DNA from: Octopus sinensis
Lineage: Eukaryota
Direction of reading: 5' to 3'
Length of the DNA: 64,000 bases
Assembly: GCF_006345805.1 (NCBI RefSeq)
Contig: NC_043004.1
Location: forward strand, 84,258,001 to 84,322,000
Made by a program: the position numbers and the translations under genes. Under the pieces are notes generated by a model. That model did not search any database, was not told the origin of the DNA, and worked only from the letters and a program-made list of their open reading frames with translations. Below, piece by piece: positions 1-12,960 of this stretch (positions within the stretch are counted from its first letter, which is position 1; every line of letters starts with the position of its first letter).

Positions 1-6
1 AGTGTT

Positions 7-40
<34 letters not shown>

Positions 41-69
41 CGTTTGTGTGTGAGTGTGTATTTAGGTAT

Positions 70-1570
70 GTTTGTATATATTGGTAGGGATGAATCAAAA
101 GGAGGAAGTGTACCAATGTCTTACAGCATGAAGACCAGAGACTTGAGGCGTTCCGCATTGCGAAACAATGTGTTGCAGAGAATCGTGATGCTGTGGGTGA
201 GAAGTGTATAAAGAATAATAATGGCATGCTCATGCTTCGTGATTCTGAGAAGAAAATAGTTTAGAAGCATTACGATGGAAGGGGAAAGAAAGGAATAAAG
301 GGTGTCTCCCTGATATGAACCCAAAATAGGGACCAACTACCCTAGTTGACATTAGTATGATAGCAAAGGCAATTAAAATTATGCACAGAAGGAATGTCTC
401 TTGTGCATCAGGAGTCATTACTGAGATTCTTCAAACGTGTTGTAGAGTAGAACAACCCATATGGATAATTCCGTTATTCAGGAAGGCGTAATCGCAGTAA
501 CTGGCTCAGCAGCATCATACCTGCTACAACTGCAAGTCAGAGGTTTTAGAATTAATCATAGAAGCATCAACTTGCTAGATGAAATGATGAAATTTACGGT
601 GAGTGTTATAACTCAATTTATGAGGGACATAATTAGGCTAGCTGAAATGCAGTTTAGCCTTATATCGGGGAAAACACTACCGATTCTATTTTCATTGGTA
701 AGTGCAAGGGAAATGACAGGCTAAGAATAGGACGTTGTGCTTAGCATTTATTGATCTGTAAAAACCCATTGATCGACAAGGTACTTCGCTCTGTGATATG
801 GGAATCTTCGAGGCAACTAGGGATAGACGAAGGGCTAGTCAAAGTAGTTCAGACCATGTAGAAGGATACACTTAGTATGATAAGAGACAGCCATCAGTAG
901 AGTGAGGAATTTGATGTACAGGTAGGTGTTCTAGTCATCACCACGCTCGATACCACAACACAGGAATTTAAAACCGGATGCCCATGTGAGCTATTTTATA
1001 CTGATGATCTTTCTCTGTAAAAGAAGTAGAAATGAAATTCTAGGTGTGGAAGCAAAACCTCCACTAGAAGGGCCTCCACTAGAATAGCTAAAAGAAAGAT
1101 CCAAGTAAGCATGAAAAAAGACAGGACCCTACCAACTTCAGATGAATTGCTCTGCTCAGTTGGTAGGAAAGGTGTATTCACAAATTTTATTCGGTGTAGC
1201 TATTGCAAGCTATGAATACTCAGCACCTGCAGAGGAATAATAATTTCATAACAAGCAGTGTGTGTTCGTGTAAGATGTACGGGAGCCATGAAATGTATAG
1301 ATACATGGACAATTCCTTTTTTCGTATAAACCGGATTCTCTCTAGTGGATAATTTAGTAAGGGACATCGAATTGTACAAACCATGCCACAACAGACAATG
1401 CAGCCTCATACGGCTCCCAGGCTTGCCAGATCGTATCAAACCGCTAAAATTAAGCCTGCATTTAAAACGAATTTTAAATGATGATGATGATGATGATGAT
1501 GACGACGACGTCGACGGTGACGACGTCGACGGTGACGACGATGATGATGATGATGGTGGTGGTTGTGGTG
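70..1570 (+). mobile_element. Decayed RTE-clade LINE (RT region, internally deleted) with 3' end and (GAT)n tail
   Basis: Frameshifted translation gives RTE ORF2 blocks: NVLQHEDQRLEAFRIAKQCVAENRDAVGEKC (~112-210), NHRSINLLDEMMKFT...EMQFSLISGKTL (~555-680), FKTGCPCELFYTDDLSL with the RT YxDD motif at 997-1008, and a Cys-rich block LCSVGRKGV...IRCSYCKL (~1150-1212). Ends ...TTAAAT(GAT)n at 1473-1570. Multiple stops and frameshifts. Confidence 0.85.
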
Positions 1571-1676
1571 TTTTTGGTGATGATGATGATGATGGTAGTG
1601 ACGAATATATATATAAATATATACAGACACACAGACTCAAATACCGAATATGAAGTAATATATGCTTTTATAAAAG

Positions 1677-1731
1677 CTTAAAATTCATCAAAACACTATT
1701 CCTCAAGATTTCACGTTCCCGTTCGTTCAAC
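1677..1731 (+). CDS. Possible upstream exon of unknown host gene (LKFIKTLFLKISRSRSFN)
   Basis: Strong donor AAC|GTGAGT at 1731/1732, phase 0, compatible with the exon at 1883. Acceptor (ataaaag|) is weak and the segment is bracketed by a 13-bp direct repeat, so it is doubtful. Confidence 0.3.
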
Positions 1732-1882
1732 GTGAGTCTCTGAGGAACAGACTTGTGGTATTTTGCACCTTTTATAAAAGCACACATACATACACACATA
1801 CATACGTAAGTACATACATGCATACATGCATACATACATACATACATACATACATACATGTATCGTAATAAGAATATATCAG

Positions 1883-1986
1883 GACCCTCAGAAAGAAGAA
1901 TATATAAAGGGTCCTGAACATAACCCGTTTGTTCCTCTTTCCCATATAGCGTGGCCCAAGATTTCCAAGGAGATTATGGCTTACAG
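1883..1986 (+). CDS. Candidate exon A of uncharacterised gene (DPQKEEYIKGPEHNPFVPLSHIAWPKISKEIMAY-R)
   Basis: atatatcag|GAC ... TAC AG|gtttcg; 104 nt, phase 0 to 2, open frame, complex sequence between microsatellites. The phase matches exon B and reconstructs AGG (Arg). Confidence 0.5.
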
Positions 1987-2768
1987 GTTTCGTCTGCTCT
2001 TTCTCTCTCTCTCTGTCACACACTCTCTCTCCCCCTCTCCATCTCGTATCCATCTTAGGGAAAATACTTTTTTAAAAAGATGCCTGGATTTTATCAAACT
2101 CTGCCCATGTTTCTGTAATTTTTCAATCGAGTCTCAGTTTCCATATATATATATAGCCATGCAATTGGCACAAAGAGATAAATAACTTTCAATAACGTTA
2201 GCGCAATCACTTAGCAATTATTCATTTAATGGGGCCTAATATTTCTTGTCTCTTATTAGTGATGAAAAAATTATAGCATTCAAAAATTTACCTTGCGCCG
2301 GCCATAAGTATTGATGCATCTTGAATATGACCAATACGTTTGGGAAATAGTGTATTTGCTGAAGAAATACTAATCTGATGAACTTTGAAATCTATAATAA
2401 TTTCTTAGCAGATCTTCAGAAATTGTTTTCTAAATAAATGAAAGTTATCTTTCAGTTCTCTTCAATAAATTTCTCTCTAACATCATATAATTTGGAAAAT
2501 ATGCATGAAATTATTTCATGAAAATTATTTTTCAAAAACCTGTTAACAGAGTAAAAATTGTGGTCTAAAATATTTTTTTAATTGCGTCTAATGATTTATA
2601 AGACATTTTTTTAAATACTTCCTTGGAGGGTATGGAATTATATTATATATATTAATACAGAAACAAAAGCAAATTACTGTAGACTTGCTAAAAGCATGTG
2701 AGTAAATATAAAACAGCTTCGCCATATCTAAGGTATAATTTTATAATCACATATATTTATACTCAGAG

Positions 2769-2868
2769 NNNNNNNNNNNNNNNNNNNNNNNNNNNNNNNN
2801 NNNNNNNNNNNNNNNNNNNNNNNNNNNNNNNNNNNNNNNNNNNNNNNNNNNNNNNNNNNNNNNNNNNN
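2769..2868. other. Assembly gap (100 N)
   Basis: Run of exactly 100 N. Confidence 1.
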
Positions 2869-3038
2869 GACCACTCCCCCAAGTATGATTTTTTGCGCTA
2901 TGCCTACCCCCAAAAAGTCCCCCACCAACACCCCTTTAAACCTGACTAAATGTATAAATGCCAATACATTCTTGTTAACTAGCTTCCTGAAGATTTCTCT
3001 TGATGAAACAGTTCTAGTCGTGTAGAGCTCCTTCTATA

Positions 3039-3103
<65 letters not shown>

Positions 3104-3141
3104 CTATATATATATATATATATATATATATTATGTATATA

Positions 3142-3301
3142 GGAGTGGCTCTGTGGTAAGTAGCTTGCTAAACAACTACATGGTTCCCGGGTTCAGTACC
3201 ACTGCGTGGCATCTTGGGCAAATGTCTTCTGCTATAGCTCCGGGTCGACCAATGCCTTCTGAGTGGATTTGGTAGACGGAAACTGAAAGAAGCCTGTCGT
3301 A

Positions 3302-3344
<43 letters not shown>

Positions 3345-3585
3345 TATATATATGTGTGTGTATATTTGTGTGTCTGTGTTTGTCCCCCTAGCATTGCTTG
3401 ACAACCGATGCTGGTGTGTTTACGTACGTCCCCGTCACTTAGCGGTTCGGCAAAAGAGACCGATAGAATAAGTACTGGGCTTACAAAGAATAAGTCCCGG
3501 GGTCGATTTGGTCGACTAAGGCGGTGCTCCAGCATGGCCACAGTCAAATGACTGAAACAAGTAAAAGAGTAAAAGAGTAAAAGAG
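3142..3585 (+). mobile_element. tRNA-derived SINE, family A, full length with internal (AT)n/(GT)n
   Basis: Head GGAGTGGCTCTGTGGTAAG...GGTTCAGTACCACTG (A/B-box-like), body ...GGTAGACGGAAACTGAAAGAAGCC...TTGACAACCGATGCTGG...GGCGGTGCTCCAGCATGGCC, tail (TAAAAGAG)n. The same sequence recurs about 9 times in the window. Confidence 0.9.
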
Positions 3586-3613
3586 CATATACACACACAC
3601 ACACCACACACAC

Positions 3614-3690
<77 letters not shown>

Positions 3691-3944
3691 TTATTCGCTT
3701 CAGGCATTAAACAGCGAATCATGTCCCGACACAACCGCCTGGGAGCGATTAAGCCTTGTAGTTGTTCATAGAAAGTCTGATATTTCACAGTCTTAGTGGT
3801 AGCTTTTAATCTGATATTTATTTGCGTGGTGTCATTTTGAGAGCTGCCATCTTACAAGTACTTGAACGGTTGTGAAGTAATGAGACAGAAAGCGTCCAAA
3901 TATAAACACATACGATTCAGATTGATACACGGATAGACAGACAT

Positions 3945-3961
3945 ATAGATAGATAGATATC

Positions 3962-4019
<58 letters not shown>

Positions 4020-4068
4020 ATAGATAGATAGACATATAAATTGATAGATAAATAGATATATAGATAGT

Positions 4069-4118
<50 letters not shown>

Positions 4119-4145
4119 CATAGATATATAGATATATAGAGAAAG
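3945..4145. repeat. (GATA)n tetranucleotide array
   Basis: Directly visible. Confidence 0.95.
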
Positions 4146-4265
4146 ATATGCATTCATATATATACTTATTATAGGTCTGTGCACACAAATACACCCCCCA
4201 TACACACATCACACACACATGCACATATATATAAAATAACCCAGTTGGGGTTCGGTCCGCTATAG

Positions 4266-4410
4266 GTTTTCAAACATGTGCTTTACTGATGAAGTTCCAT
4301 CATACAAAAAGAAACATTTCTATCAGGAGAATACATTAAGAACTTCTCGCAAACAGGACATAGTGCCAGATGACTCAGCCGACCAAATTTCTGCAGGAGA
4401 GTGTACCCTG
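4266..4410 (+). CDS. Candidate exon B (FSNMCFTDEVPSYKKKHFYQENTLRTSRKQDIVPDDSADQISAGECTL)
   Basis: cgctatag|G TTT ... ACC CTG|gtacgt; 145 nt, phase 2 to 0, open frame. Joins exons A and C without a frameshift. Confidence 0.6.
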
Positions 4411-4769
4411 GTACGTTGTGGATTTCTGTCTGTTGCAGTCTATTTTTAGCTACATTAGCGACAACATTGATTTCTTCCATCTTCTTGCTCTGTATCTTCC
4501 ATCTTGTATTTGGGGAAAAATAATATTAATGTGCCCATTTGATTAAAATTGTATTTATTTGTGCGGTTGATGATGGCTCTGCATTTAAATTGATGTACTG
4601 ATTGCATTGTACAATTAAATGAAGCCGCTGGAAACGGTCGTACTCTATCACTTCTCGATATCCTTCGGCTTATTTTGATTTTAGTCACCTTACTTCGAGC
4701 TGTACCTAATTCAACTGAATCTCAATTATTTCTCTCTCTCTCTTTATATATATAAATATATATATGTAT

Positions 4770-4880
<111 letters not shown>

Positions 4881-5005
4881 TCTCTCTGTCTCTCTGTCTC
4901 TCTGTCTCTCTCTCTCTAAATATATATATATATAGGTATATATATATATATATATATAATATATATATAGAACTGCGCAAAAGACATGAATTATATACAT
5001 ACATT

Positions 5006-6215
5006 CATACCACAACCGATGGGGGCATACGACGGGGCTGAGCTATGTAGGCTCATAGGAGCCTTTATTCTCCATAATCTAAAAACAGAATTCCCTTTTA
5101 TAGATGCAGGTTTATATAGGGATGACGGCCTTATAGCCACGCATAATCTAAACGGCCATGAATCAGATAGACTTAGGAAGGACCTCATAGCTTTCTTTCA
5201 AAGGATGGGCTTACGGGTTACGATAGATGCTAACCTGAATAGTGTAGATTTTTTAGACGTAAATTTTAATGTAAGATCGGATAGATTTAAACCTTTCCGT
5301 AAGCCCAATGAAAAGCTATCGTATATTAGCAAAGATTCGAACCATCCACCAGTTATCCTTAGCAACTTAGTCAGCAATGTAGGTAGAAGAATATCTTCAA
5401 CTTCTTCGGACGAGGCAGCATTCCATACTGCTGCACCTTATTACGATAGCGCATTAAAGAATAGTGGATTCTCTGAGAAGATCCAGTTCAACCAGCTTAA
5501 TGCTGAATAATGCTGCACGAAGAACTAGGACCAGGAAAGTTTGTGTTCAACCCGGCTTTCAATTGGCCGTAAAGACTAATATAGGTAAGGAATTTTTGAG
5601 ATTAGTCTCTAAGCATTTTAAGCCGGGTCATAAATTCTATAGGATTTTTATAGAAGAACCCTGAAGGTTAGCTATTCTTGTTGCAGAAATTTCGCCTCTT
5701 ACATTAGCCAACATAATAGGAAGCTAATTGAGATTAGACATGGTGCCGAGCCCATTAAGAAATGCAATTTCAAAAACGAAAGCTCCTGTCCGTTAGAAGG
5801 GGAAATGTCTAGTGAAAGGAGTAGTTTATAGAGCCAAGGTGCAAGTGGAAGGCTCATCAGAATACAAGACATACACAGGGGCTTCAGAAAATTCATTTAA
5901 AACAAGATTTTATTCTCATAAAAATTCATTTAAATACCCAGAGAATAGGAAGAGGACCAGCCTAGCAAAATATGTCTGGAACTAAAAGAAAAGGAAGACC
6001 CACCTTTCAACGTGACATGGAGCATTCTGGACAGGGCGGCACCATACAGGCATGGAGCTTACAAAAATAATTTCAAGTGCAAACATTGTCTATTAGAAAA
6101 AATGTACATCTTATTCAAAGATAATAATTCTTTGAATCAAAGAAGGGAGCTAATGAACTAATGTAGGCACGCGGCTAAATTTAAAATGTCGAATATAAAT
6201 ATACCATATGGATAG
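5006..6215 (+). mobile_element. 5'-truncated Penelope-like element: RT C-half plus C-terminal GIY-YIG endonuclease (Naiad-type signature)
   Basis: ORF 4986-5510 has PMGAYDGAELC...GLYRDDGL (RT motifs), DFLDVNF and FRKPN...YISKDSNHPP (thumb). After frameshifts: KCNFKNESSCPLEG-KCLVKGVVYRAKV...YKTYTGASENSFKTRFYSHKNSF...TSLAKYVW...VTWSIL...CKHCLLEK...LNQRRELMN*CRH. Confidence 0.88.
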
Positions 6216-7139
6216 AGTATATATTTTGTATTTTTGATTTTTGAAATTTTGATTTTGACTCTTGAACGATGAGCGCTACGATGGATTTTGTTTTCCAAGC
6301 TATGCGGATCTTAATGTTTCTACATATACATCAGGAAAAACCTTCGACCCTCTTTTCAGGTTACTGTATTGTATAGGATTACCTTGATTATTTATATTAC
6401 CTTGATTATTTATAAATGATCGAAAATAGGGTGTTATATTTTATTTTAGATGTCTTTCGTATATATTTTTATTAATGCACCCATTCTTTTTAAAAAAAGC
6501 AATGTTTTTTTCAAAAAATGCAATGTTGTCAAAATTAGAATGTTGATGTAAGTATGTGTATAGCCGAGGATATGTATTTGTAAGCATGCGTATCTGTGTA
6601 TGTGTAAGTGAGAGTATGTTTGTGCTTAAGCACACATATACACGACTGTATGCATGTATCCATACGAACTTGTTTGTATACTTGTCTCCATATACGCCAA
6701 TAACGCCGTTACACAGATCGTATACATATTTTTTTCTTATTTCGTTTTTTCCCCACCCCTCCTTCGTTCCTTTTTCTCTCTCTTCCTTTCTTTCGTTCCC
6801 CCCCTTACTCAGTATATGAGAATCGCTACATACATGATTTTTAACTTGCGTGCGAGATGGTTTTGCGTGAATATATGTACACATGCATTTATGTGTAAAT
6901 GTAGATTTATATTCACACGTCTGTATATGTATGGCGTTGGCGCGCATCCTTTTTGTGTATGTTGATATATATATGCACATTTTAATAAAAATATGTATTG
7001 CAGTGTAATATTTATAACAGGTTTAATTCCTATGAATTAATTTATACTTTCTTCATTAACGTCAATATGTATCTTATTCAATGTAAGGTTTTTTCCTAGG
7101 ATTTTATAATTTTTTATGAGCTTTTTTATATATATATAC

Positions 7140-7350
7140 ATATATTTTTGACCTTTTTGTTTATCGCTCGAAGATTGACCGTTTTCTTCTAAAGGGCAAA
7201 TCAAACAAGTCCATTTCTTTTTAAAGGTGTAGCGTTTGTAAGAGTCTAGATTGAATTAATATATCGGTTCCATTCTAGCAAAAACTGTCTGATGAACGGC
7301 AACGAGAAACTCAGAGCAACAGATTTTGTTGAATTTTCTGCTGCTTAAAA
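7140..7350 (+). mobile_element. PLE-like 3' terminal (pLTR) fragment carrying a hammerhead motif
   Basis: Non-coding segment containing the type I HHR at 7277-7330. HHR-bearing terminal repeats are an established PLE feature. The family assignment is inference. Confidence 0.5.
7277..7330 (+). ncRNA. Type I hammerhead ribozyme motif (probably inactivated: GUA to GCA)
   Basis: Stem I AGCAAAAACTGT / ACAGATTTTGTT (one mismatch); core CTGATGA 7289-7295; stem II CG-GCAA-CG; GAAA 7306-7309; near-palindromic stem III ACTC-A-GAG(C); triplet reads GCA. Confidence 0.7.
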
Positions 7351-7354
7351 TAAA

Positions 7355-7416
<62 letters not shown>

Positions 7417-7439
7417 TGTATATGTGTGTGTGTGTGTAA

Positions 7440-7630
7440 TTAATTAAAAAAGCGAGAAGACAAAAAAATCAGAACAACGTGCGTACGTAGCACATGCAAA
7501 ATATTGAGAAGATGCTCGGAGAAAGAAAAGAGTAGTTGAGTTATGTTTCGAGCAGAGCTCTTTTTCGGAAACAGGAAACATAGGAATGTCCAAAGAAAAA
7601 GGGAAAAAGTGGAAAACCATCGCCAACAAT
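7440..7630 (-). mobile_element. PLE-like terminal fragment with decayed HHR (same family as 38800-38985)
   Basis: Minus strand TGTTT-CCGAAAA-A-GAGC-TCT-GCTC-GAAAC-ATA. The flanks align with 38800-38985. Confidence 0.5.
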
Positions 7631-7720
7631 CCACGTGTAGTTACATTTTGTAGTTACATATTTATATTTATATTCGAATGTGGTATGAATGTATGTATAT
7701 AATTCATGTCTTTTGCGCAG

Positions 7721-7834
7721 GTTCTATTTCCGAGTTCCAAACAGAAGGGATTATCACTCCGGGGACTTACGATGAAAATACTTGCACGTGTTACCAAATC
7801 CCTTTGTTATGTACACAACATTCCAACTATAGAG
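7721..7834 (+). CDS. Candidate exon C (VLFPSSKQKGLSLRGLTMKILARVTKSLCYVHNIPTIE)
   Basis: Strong acceptor tcttttgcgcag| and donor ATAGAG|gtatgt; 114 nt = 38 codons, phase 0 to 0, no stops, in frame with exon B. Confidence 0.7.
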
Positions 7835-8749
7835 GTATGTCTCCACATATAACCAACCACACCGAAAATAACTTGTTTAAAAGGTCTAACGTTTGAACAT
7901 ATGAAATTAGTCACGTCTAAGATCCTTCAAGAATTGAAAAAGAAAATTTAACTTGATAATTGTGAGACAATTTCAAACATAGGAGTACAACATTATTAAG
8001 CACATCATTCAAAATTATTAGTGTCTTTTTCTCTTTATTGTTGTTGTTTTCCTTCTGTGTTAAACTTCTAAAAATATATAAACGACTCTTTCAATATTTA
8101 CATTTAACGTGTGAAAGTTGATATAATACACAGCGCGTCTAATAATACAATTTGACTTGTGTTAAAATAGAACAGAAAAAATAAATTGGAGAAATTTACT
8201 CACATCATCCAGTTTTGGCAATTTCACTTTTAAAAAATGTCTGTTATTTTACTCGAATCTTTTTCAAATACGTGTTGCTAAAGACAAATTAAGTTAAAGC
8301 TATAAAGCTTTTTTCTTTGTTTTTTAGTATTACATTTAAACCATTCACACGACTTATCGATCAGAATTGTTAGCAGCAGCCGTTCATACCTTCTTATAAA
8401 TATAACATAATGTTACCCTATTCTTTTCTATTATTAATCAATACAACGTAATATTTTAGACACGAACATTATATGGTAAACATTTTCTTGAAGTCTAGTG
8501 AAATTTGAATACTAGTTAGCTGTGAAACCAAACATTAAAAAGGAAGATAGTAGTTATAGATTTAAATGTTTTAATATTCTTTCTCGCAGCTCGCACACGC
8601 GTTTGTAGTCTAAAAGGGTGTAAAAACTTATAGTTGTTAATTGAAATTCAATATTAATTATGATCAAAGTTTTCTTTGAAAATAGTAATCTTCATATGAT
8701 ATTCAAAGAAGAACTATAAAAAAATTCAAACACAATTAAAATATCAACT

Positions 8750-9290
8750 GGCGGTAACTCACCGAGGCCGGAACTCAAGTTTGAACATCCCATATAACCC
8801 CTCAAACTTTAAAATGTTTTTGAATTTTAAGAGAATTTTGGCAAAATTTAGATCTACTCACAGGATTTGATACGATTATGTGAAATTATTATTGCTTTTA
8901 AAATTTAAGAACCTCAGCCCATAAACCCCAAAAGTTCCACTCTTTTTACGGACTGTCATAATTTTTACAAACTGTCAAACTTCAATGGGCTACCCTTGGT
9001 CGCCTCCTCTTTCCATTAAATATGTCTATGGAGAGAAAAATATTGAAAAATGTTATTTCGTGTCAAAGCGACAAAGAAACGAAAAAGGTATCAAGTGGTC
9101 GTGAGATATTCTAAAAGTAACAGCTAAATAACCCTCAGATCACTCAGAAAAAATTGCATAACTGTATAAATTCTTGTGTGTAAAACATAAATTCTCGAAC
9201 TTTCCTGAAAATTCCAAAACATAAAACTTTTAAGGGTTATATGGGGTGTTTAAATGTGAATTCCGCCCGCCTCAACAAATGTTTATATAA
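8750..9290. mobile_element. Old MITE-like element with degenerate inverted repeats
   Basis: 8768-8810 (AACTCAAGTTTGAACATCCCATATAACCCCTCAAACTTT) is an imperfect reverse complement of 9223-9263. No TSD was resolved. Confidence 0.45.
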
Positions 9291-9634
9291 ATATCCCTAA
9301 GACGGTTCGTGAAATGGTCTCTTAGAGTTATATAATATTTCTCTTGTAAAACCTTGTTTATACATTCTTAATACATTCAAAACACAACGATTTCAATATT
9401 TTTTCTTCTAATCGAACCCCAGTAATTATATTTGAAAATAATAGGGGCTTTGCTACAACTACTGGCTCTTGCCTTTACTACTACTACTACTACTACTATC
9501 ACAGCTCCTACCACCACCACGACTAAAACAACTGCCACTCTCTTGGTTACTATCATAACAATAACTACTATTATAGCTTCTACTTCTCACACTTGCTCTG
9601 TTCAGTGAAATACTCCTTTAAACATTCAATCTTC

Positions 9635-9837
9635 AGTCTCACGTTGACTGTGCCCATGCTGGAGCACCGCCTTTAGTCGAGCAAATCGACACCAGGACTA
9701 ATTCTTAGTAAGCCTAGTATTTATTCTATCCGTTTCTCTTGCCGAACCGCTAAGATACGGGGACATAAACACATCATCATCGGTTGTCAAGTGATGTTTG
9801 GAGAGACAAACACAGACACACAAACATGTACATACAT

Positions 9838-9888
<51 letters not shown>

Positions 9889-10097
9889 CATACATACATA
9901 CATGCATACATACATACACACGTACATACTTACGTACATGCATACATACATAATTACGATGGTCTTCTTTCAGTTTCCGTCTACCAAATCCACTCAGAAG
10001 GCTTTGGTCGGCGCGAGGCTATAATAGAAGACATTTGCCTAACGTACCACGCAGTGGGTTTGAATCCGGCACCATGTGGTTCATAAGAAAGCTACTT
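9635..10097 (-). mobile_element. SINE family A, near full length
   Basis: Reverse complement of the family A body and head, with an internal (AC)/(AT)/(ACAT) expansion. Confidence 0.88.
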
Positions 10098-10698
10098 GCT
10101 ACACATCCACTATGTTCATTCAACATGTTTCCATATCTTCTTTTTGTTGGCTATAATATGGAGTTTTATAAATAAGATGAAACTTGCGCGATTTTTAATC
10201 ACCCTAGTATTAAGTGAAATATTAAGGCACGCAATATTGAAATCAACGTTAATAATTCTATATATTCTATATAATTCTAAATATTCAAATATTTTATGTA
10301 ATTCGTTGAAGATACCTTTTACTTGTGAACTACCAACTTATCTGGTGTTTGGCCCTTTATGTTTCAATTGCTTTTAAAATTACCTTTTCATTTTCCGTGC
10401 TATTGCGTTTATCCATCCCACGTATTTTGTATTGCATGTTGGAGATTCTCCTGCGCGATTCTGATATAATTCCCATTTGGCCATTTTTCATATTCTTAGA
10501 TTTGCTATAAATGTTGACGTCGGGTGATATTGAAAAGCATTTTGTTTGCCCACAATTTCCATGGGTACGAACAGGTTAGATTTTCCATTCCGATATGTAA
10601 GGAACTTATAAAATCTATGAAACCATAATTTTACGTTGGCTCCATTCTTTTTCTTTACTTCTTTGATATTACTTGATTTGTTATAATATTGTCTGATA

Positions 10699-10884
10699 CA
10701 GTGCTCTGCAACCGGTGCCCTATGGCACACTAGTGCGCCACGAGATGGTTAGGTGTGCTGCAGTGTAACCTTAATATAATTTTTTCCCTATATTTTTTTT
10801 TGGTATATTTTTTGTTCAAGTATGTAGCCCAATTATGAAAAGAATATAAGTGTACTGCAAGTGGAAAAAGGATACAGAGCACTG
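10699..10884. mobile_element. hAT-superfamily MITE (186 bp)
   Basis: Perfect 10-bp TIRs CAGTGCTCTG (10699-10708) / CAGAGCACTG (10875-10884). Flanking 8-mers GTCTGATA / GTCTAATA match 7 of 8, consistent with the 8-bp TSD of hAT elements. Confidence 0.8.
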
Positions 10885-11571
10885 GTCTAATAGATGAATG
10901 CATGGCTTATTGAAGGAATAAATATTAGCATATTTCTTGATTTTTGTTTCGAGTAATCATCCGTTAAATGGTAGCTCATGGCATTTTAGTTCCGACTCAA
11001 TCACGGATTAGGATTTGAAGCATCCTTCTCTCACCATGCCTTTGAGAAAAAAATACGTTTCAGATTTTTAAAATTCATTGTTTTTAGGTTTCTCTTTATT
11101 AAAAGCGGAGTTGCTGGTGTTCATCAGTTTACTTATATTCTTCAAGGAAATCTATTTATTTGATTAGCTGCACCAAAGGAAGATTTCGAGTCACATCGAG
11201 AAAGCAACATGAAAGGGAGAAGCGTAAAATCGAGAAAGGCACTTATTTGATCGGAAAACGCATATATTTATCATTTTTGAAAGACTTACGAACATACAAT
11301 AAAATAAGGAAATACGATTTTCGTATATCTCTTGATGGAAAAATCAGGAAGAAGAGCATTAAACGAATGAAGGTCAAATAATCGAGAGGAAAGAAATTAA
11401 TTTATTATTGGTAAAGACAGAATATATTAGTGGATGACAGCTTATTGGGTTCCTAACTGTGGTGAAGGAAAACTATTCCATTTATTCATAATGGAGTAGA
11501 AGACCAATATCTGTTAAGATAGTAATTTTATCTATCTTGGTAAAAATAGATTTATTTATATTTGTTAACAG

Positions 11572-11616
11572 GAGAAAACAAATTCGTACGTCGAGGAATG
11601 AAGCGAAATACTACAG
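11572..11616 (+). CDS. Weak candidate exon (GENKFVRRGMKRNTT)
   Basis: Good acceptor tttatttatatttgttaacag|, modest donor ACAG|gtgtga; 45 nt, phase 1 to 1. The frame is ambiguous. Confidence 0.28.
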
Positions 11617-11663
11617 GTGTGAAAGAAATAACATTCCAACAAACACAAGCATGTATTAAGAAC

Positions 11664-12060
<397 letters not shown>

Positions 12061-12199
12061 TAGCTGTTCATGTTCCCAGTCCAGCATATCTTTCCTCGGA
12101 AGATAACATTAATTCAAAACTCATATATTTTCTTGTTATAACAGACCACGGCATAAATTAAGTGCGATGCATCCTTAGTTACGGATTGGAGATATGAAA

Positions 12200-12960
12200 A
12201 CATTTTCCAAATCCATTTACAGATATATATTAGCGTTATCCATTAATCTTGTTTACCTCTTCCGCCTCTGTTCCATGCGGACCTTGTGTTAAACAACTGA
12301 TTGTCAATTTGAATTGATTTCTATTGGTTTTGCATCAATAAAAGTACTCACAATTAGCTTGCGTCACCTGGTTTATCCCAATTTCACATCATTCCTTTCC
12401 GTACGATCACTGCTGCCTCTTCTGATTTGCTCAAGACCATATATTTTGTTCTTTCTACAATTAGTTGCGATGCACATATGCTAAGACCCATTAAAAGACA
12501 GAAGTGTGTGGATCTCCAACTTAAGCTCCTTTACTAGTAGGGTTATTTGGTGCTAGATAACGACCAAATTATGCATAATAACTGTTGAAGGGAGAAGGAT
12601 AGAAATATATAATTGGAAATTCATACATGCCGGATACGTTTTCCGTCACATGATTAATGACAGTTTCAAATTTTATTCATGCTGTTCATGCATATTTATA
12701 TTGTCGCCCAATTTTCTTCAATCATTGCCCCTCCTGCCCAGTGTGTCGATTTGCTTTAATTTAAATGTCTCTACTGACTTTGTTCTTCTGGCAGAGAGAT
12801 CATGGGTTCTGTGTAAATCATCTTCTCTTCCATAAATTCTACGCTACCACAACATAAATTTCCTAAGTTTTTTCTGCTATCTCAACACCAATTCTCACGT
12901 TCCATTTCTTTCCCGTAAACACACTAACGTTATAGCATGATAAAGATGCTAGATTTTGTT
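12200..12960 (-). mobile_element. Highly decayed LINE ORF2 C-terminal fragment
   Basis: Minus-strand remnants: QKKLRKFMLW*RRI (like KKLEAFEMWCYRR), TKYMVLSK, and a GRG-like tail. Many stops. Confidence 0.4.

Noticed and set aside
8204-8277. Minus-strand exon-like segment with strong splice signals (tttgtctttag| ... |gtgagt)
   Set aside because: It is 74 nt with stops in all three frames. It would only open (QHVFEKDSSKITDIFLKVKLPKLDD) if the A6 run were A7, which needs raw reads, and no partner exons were found.
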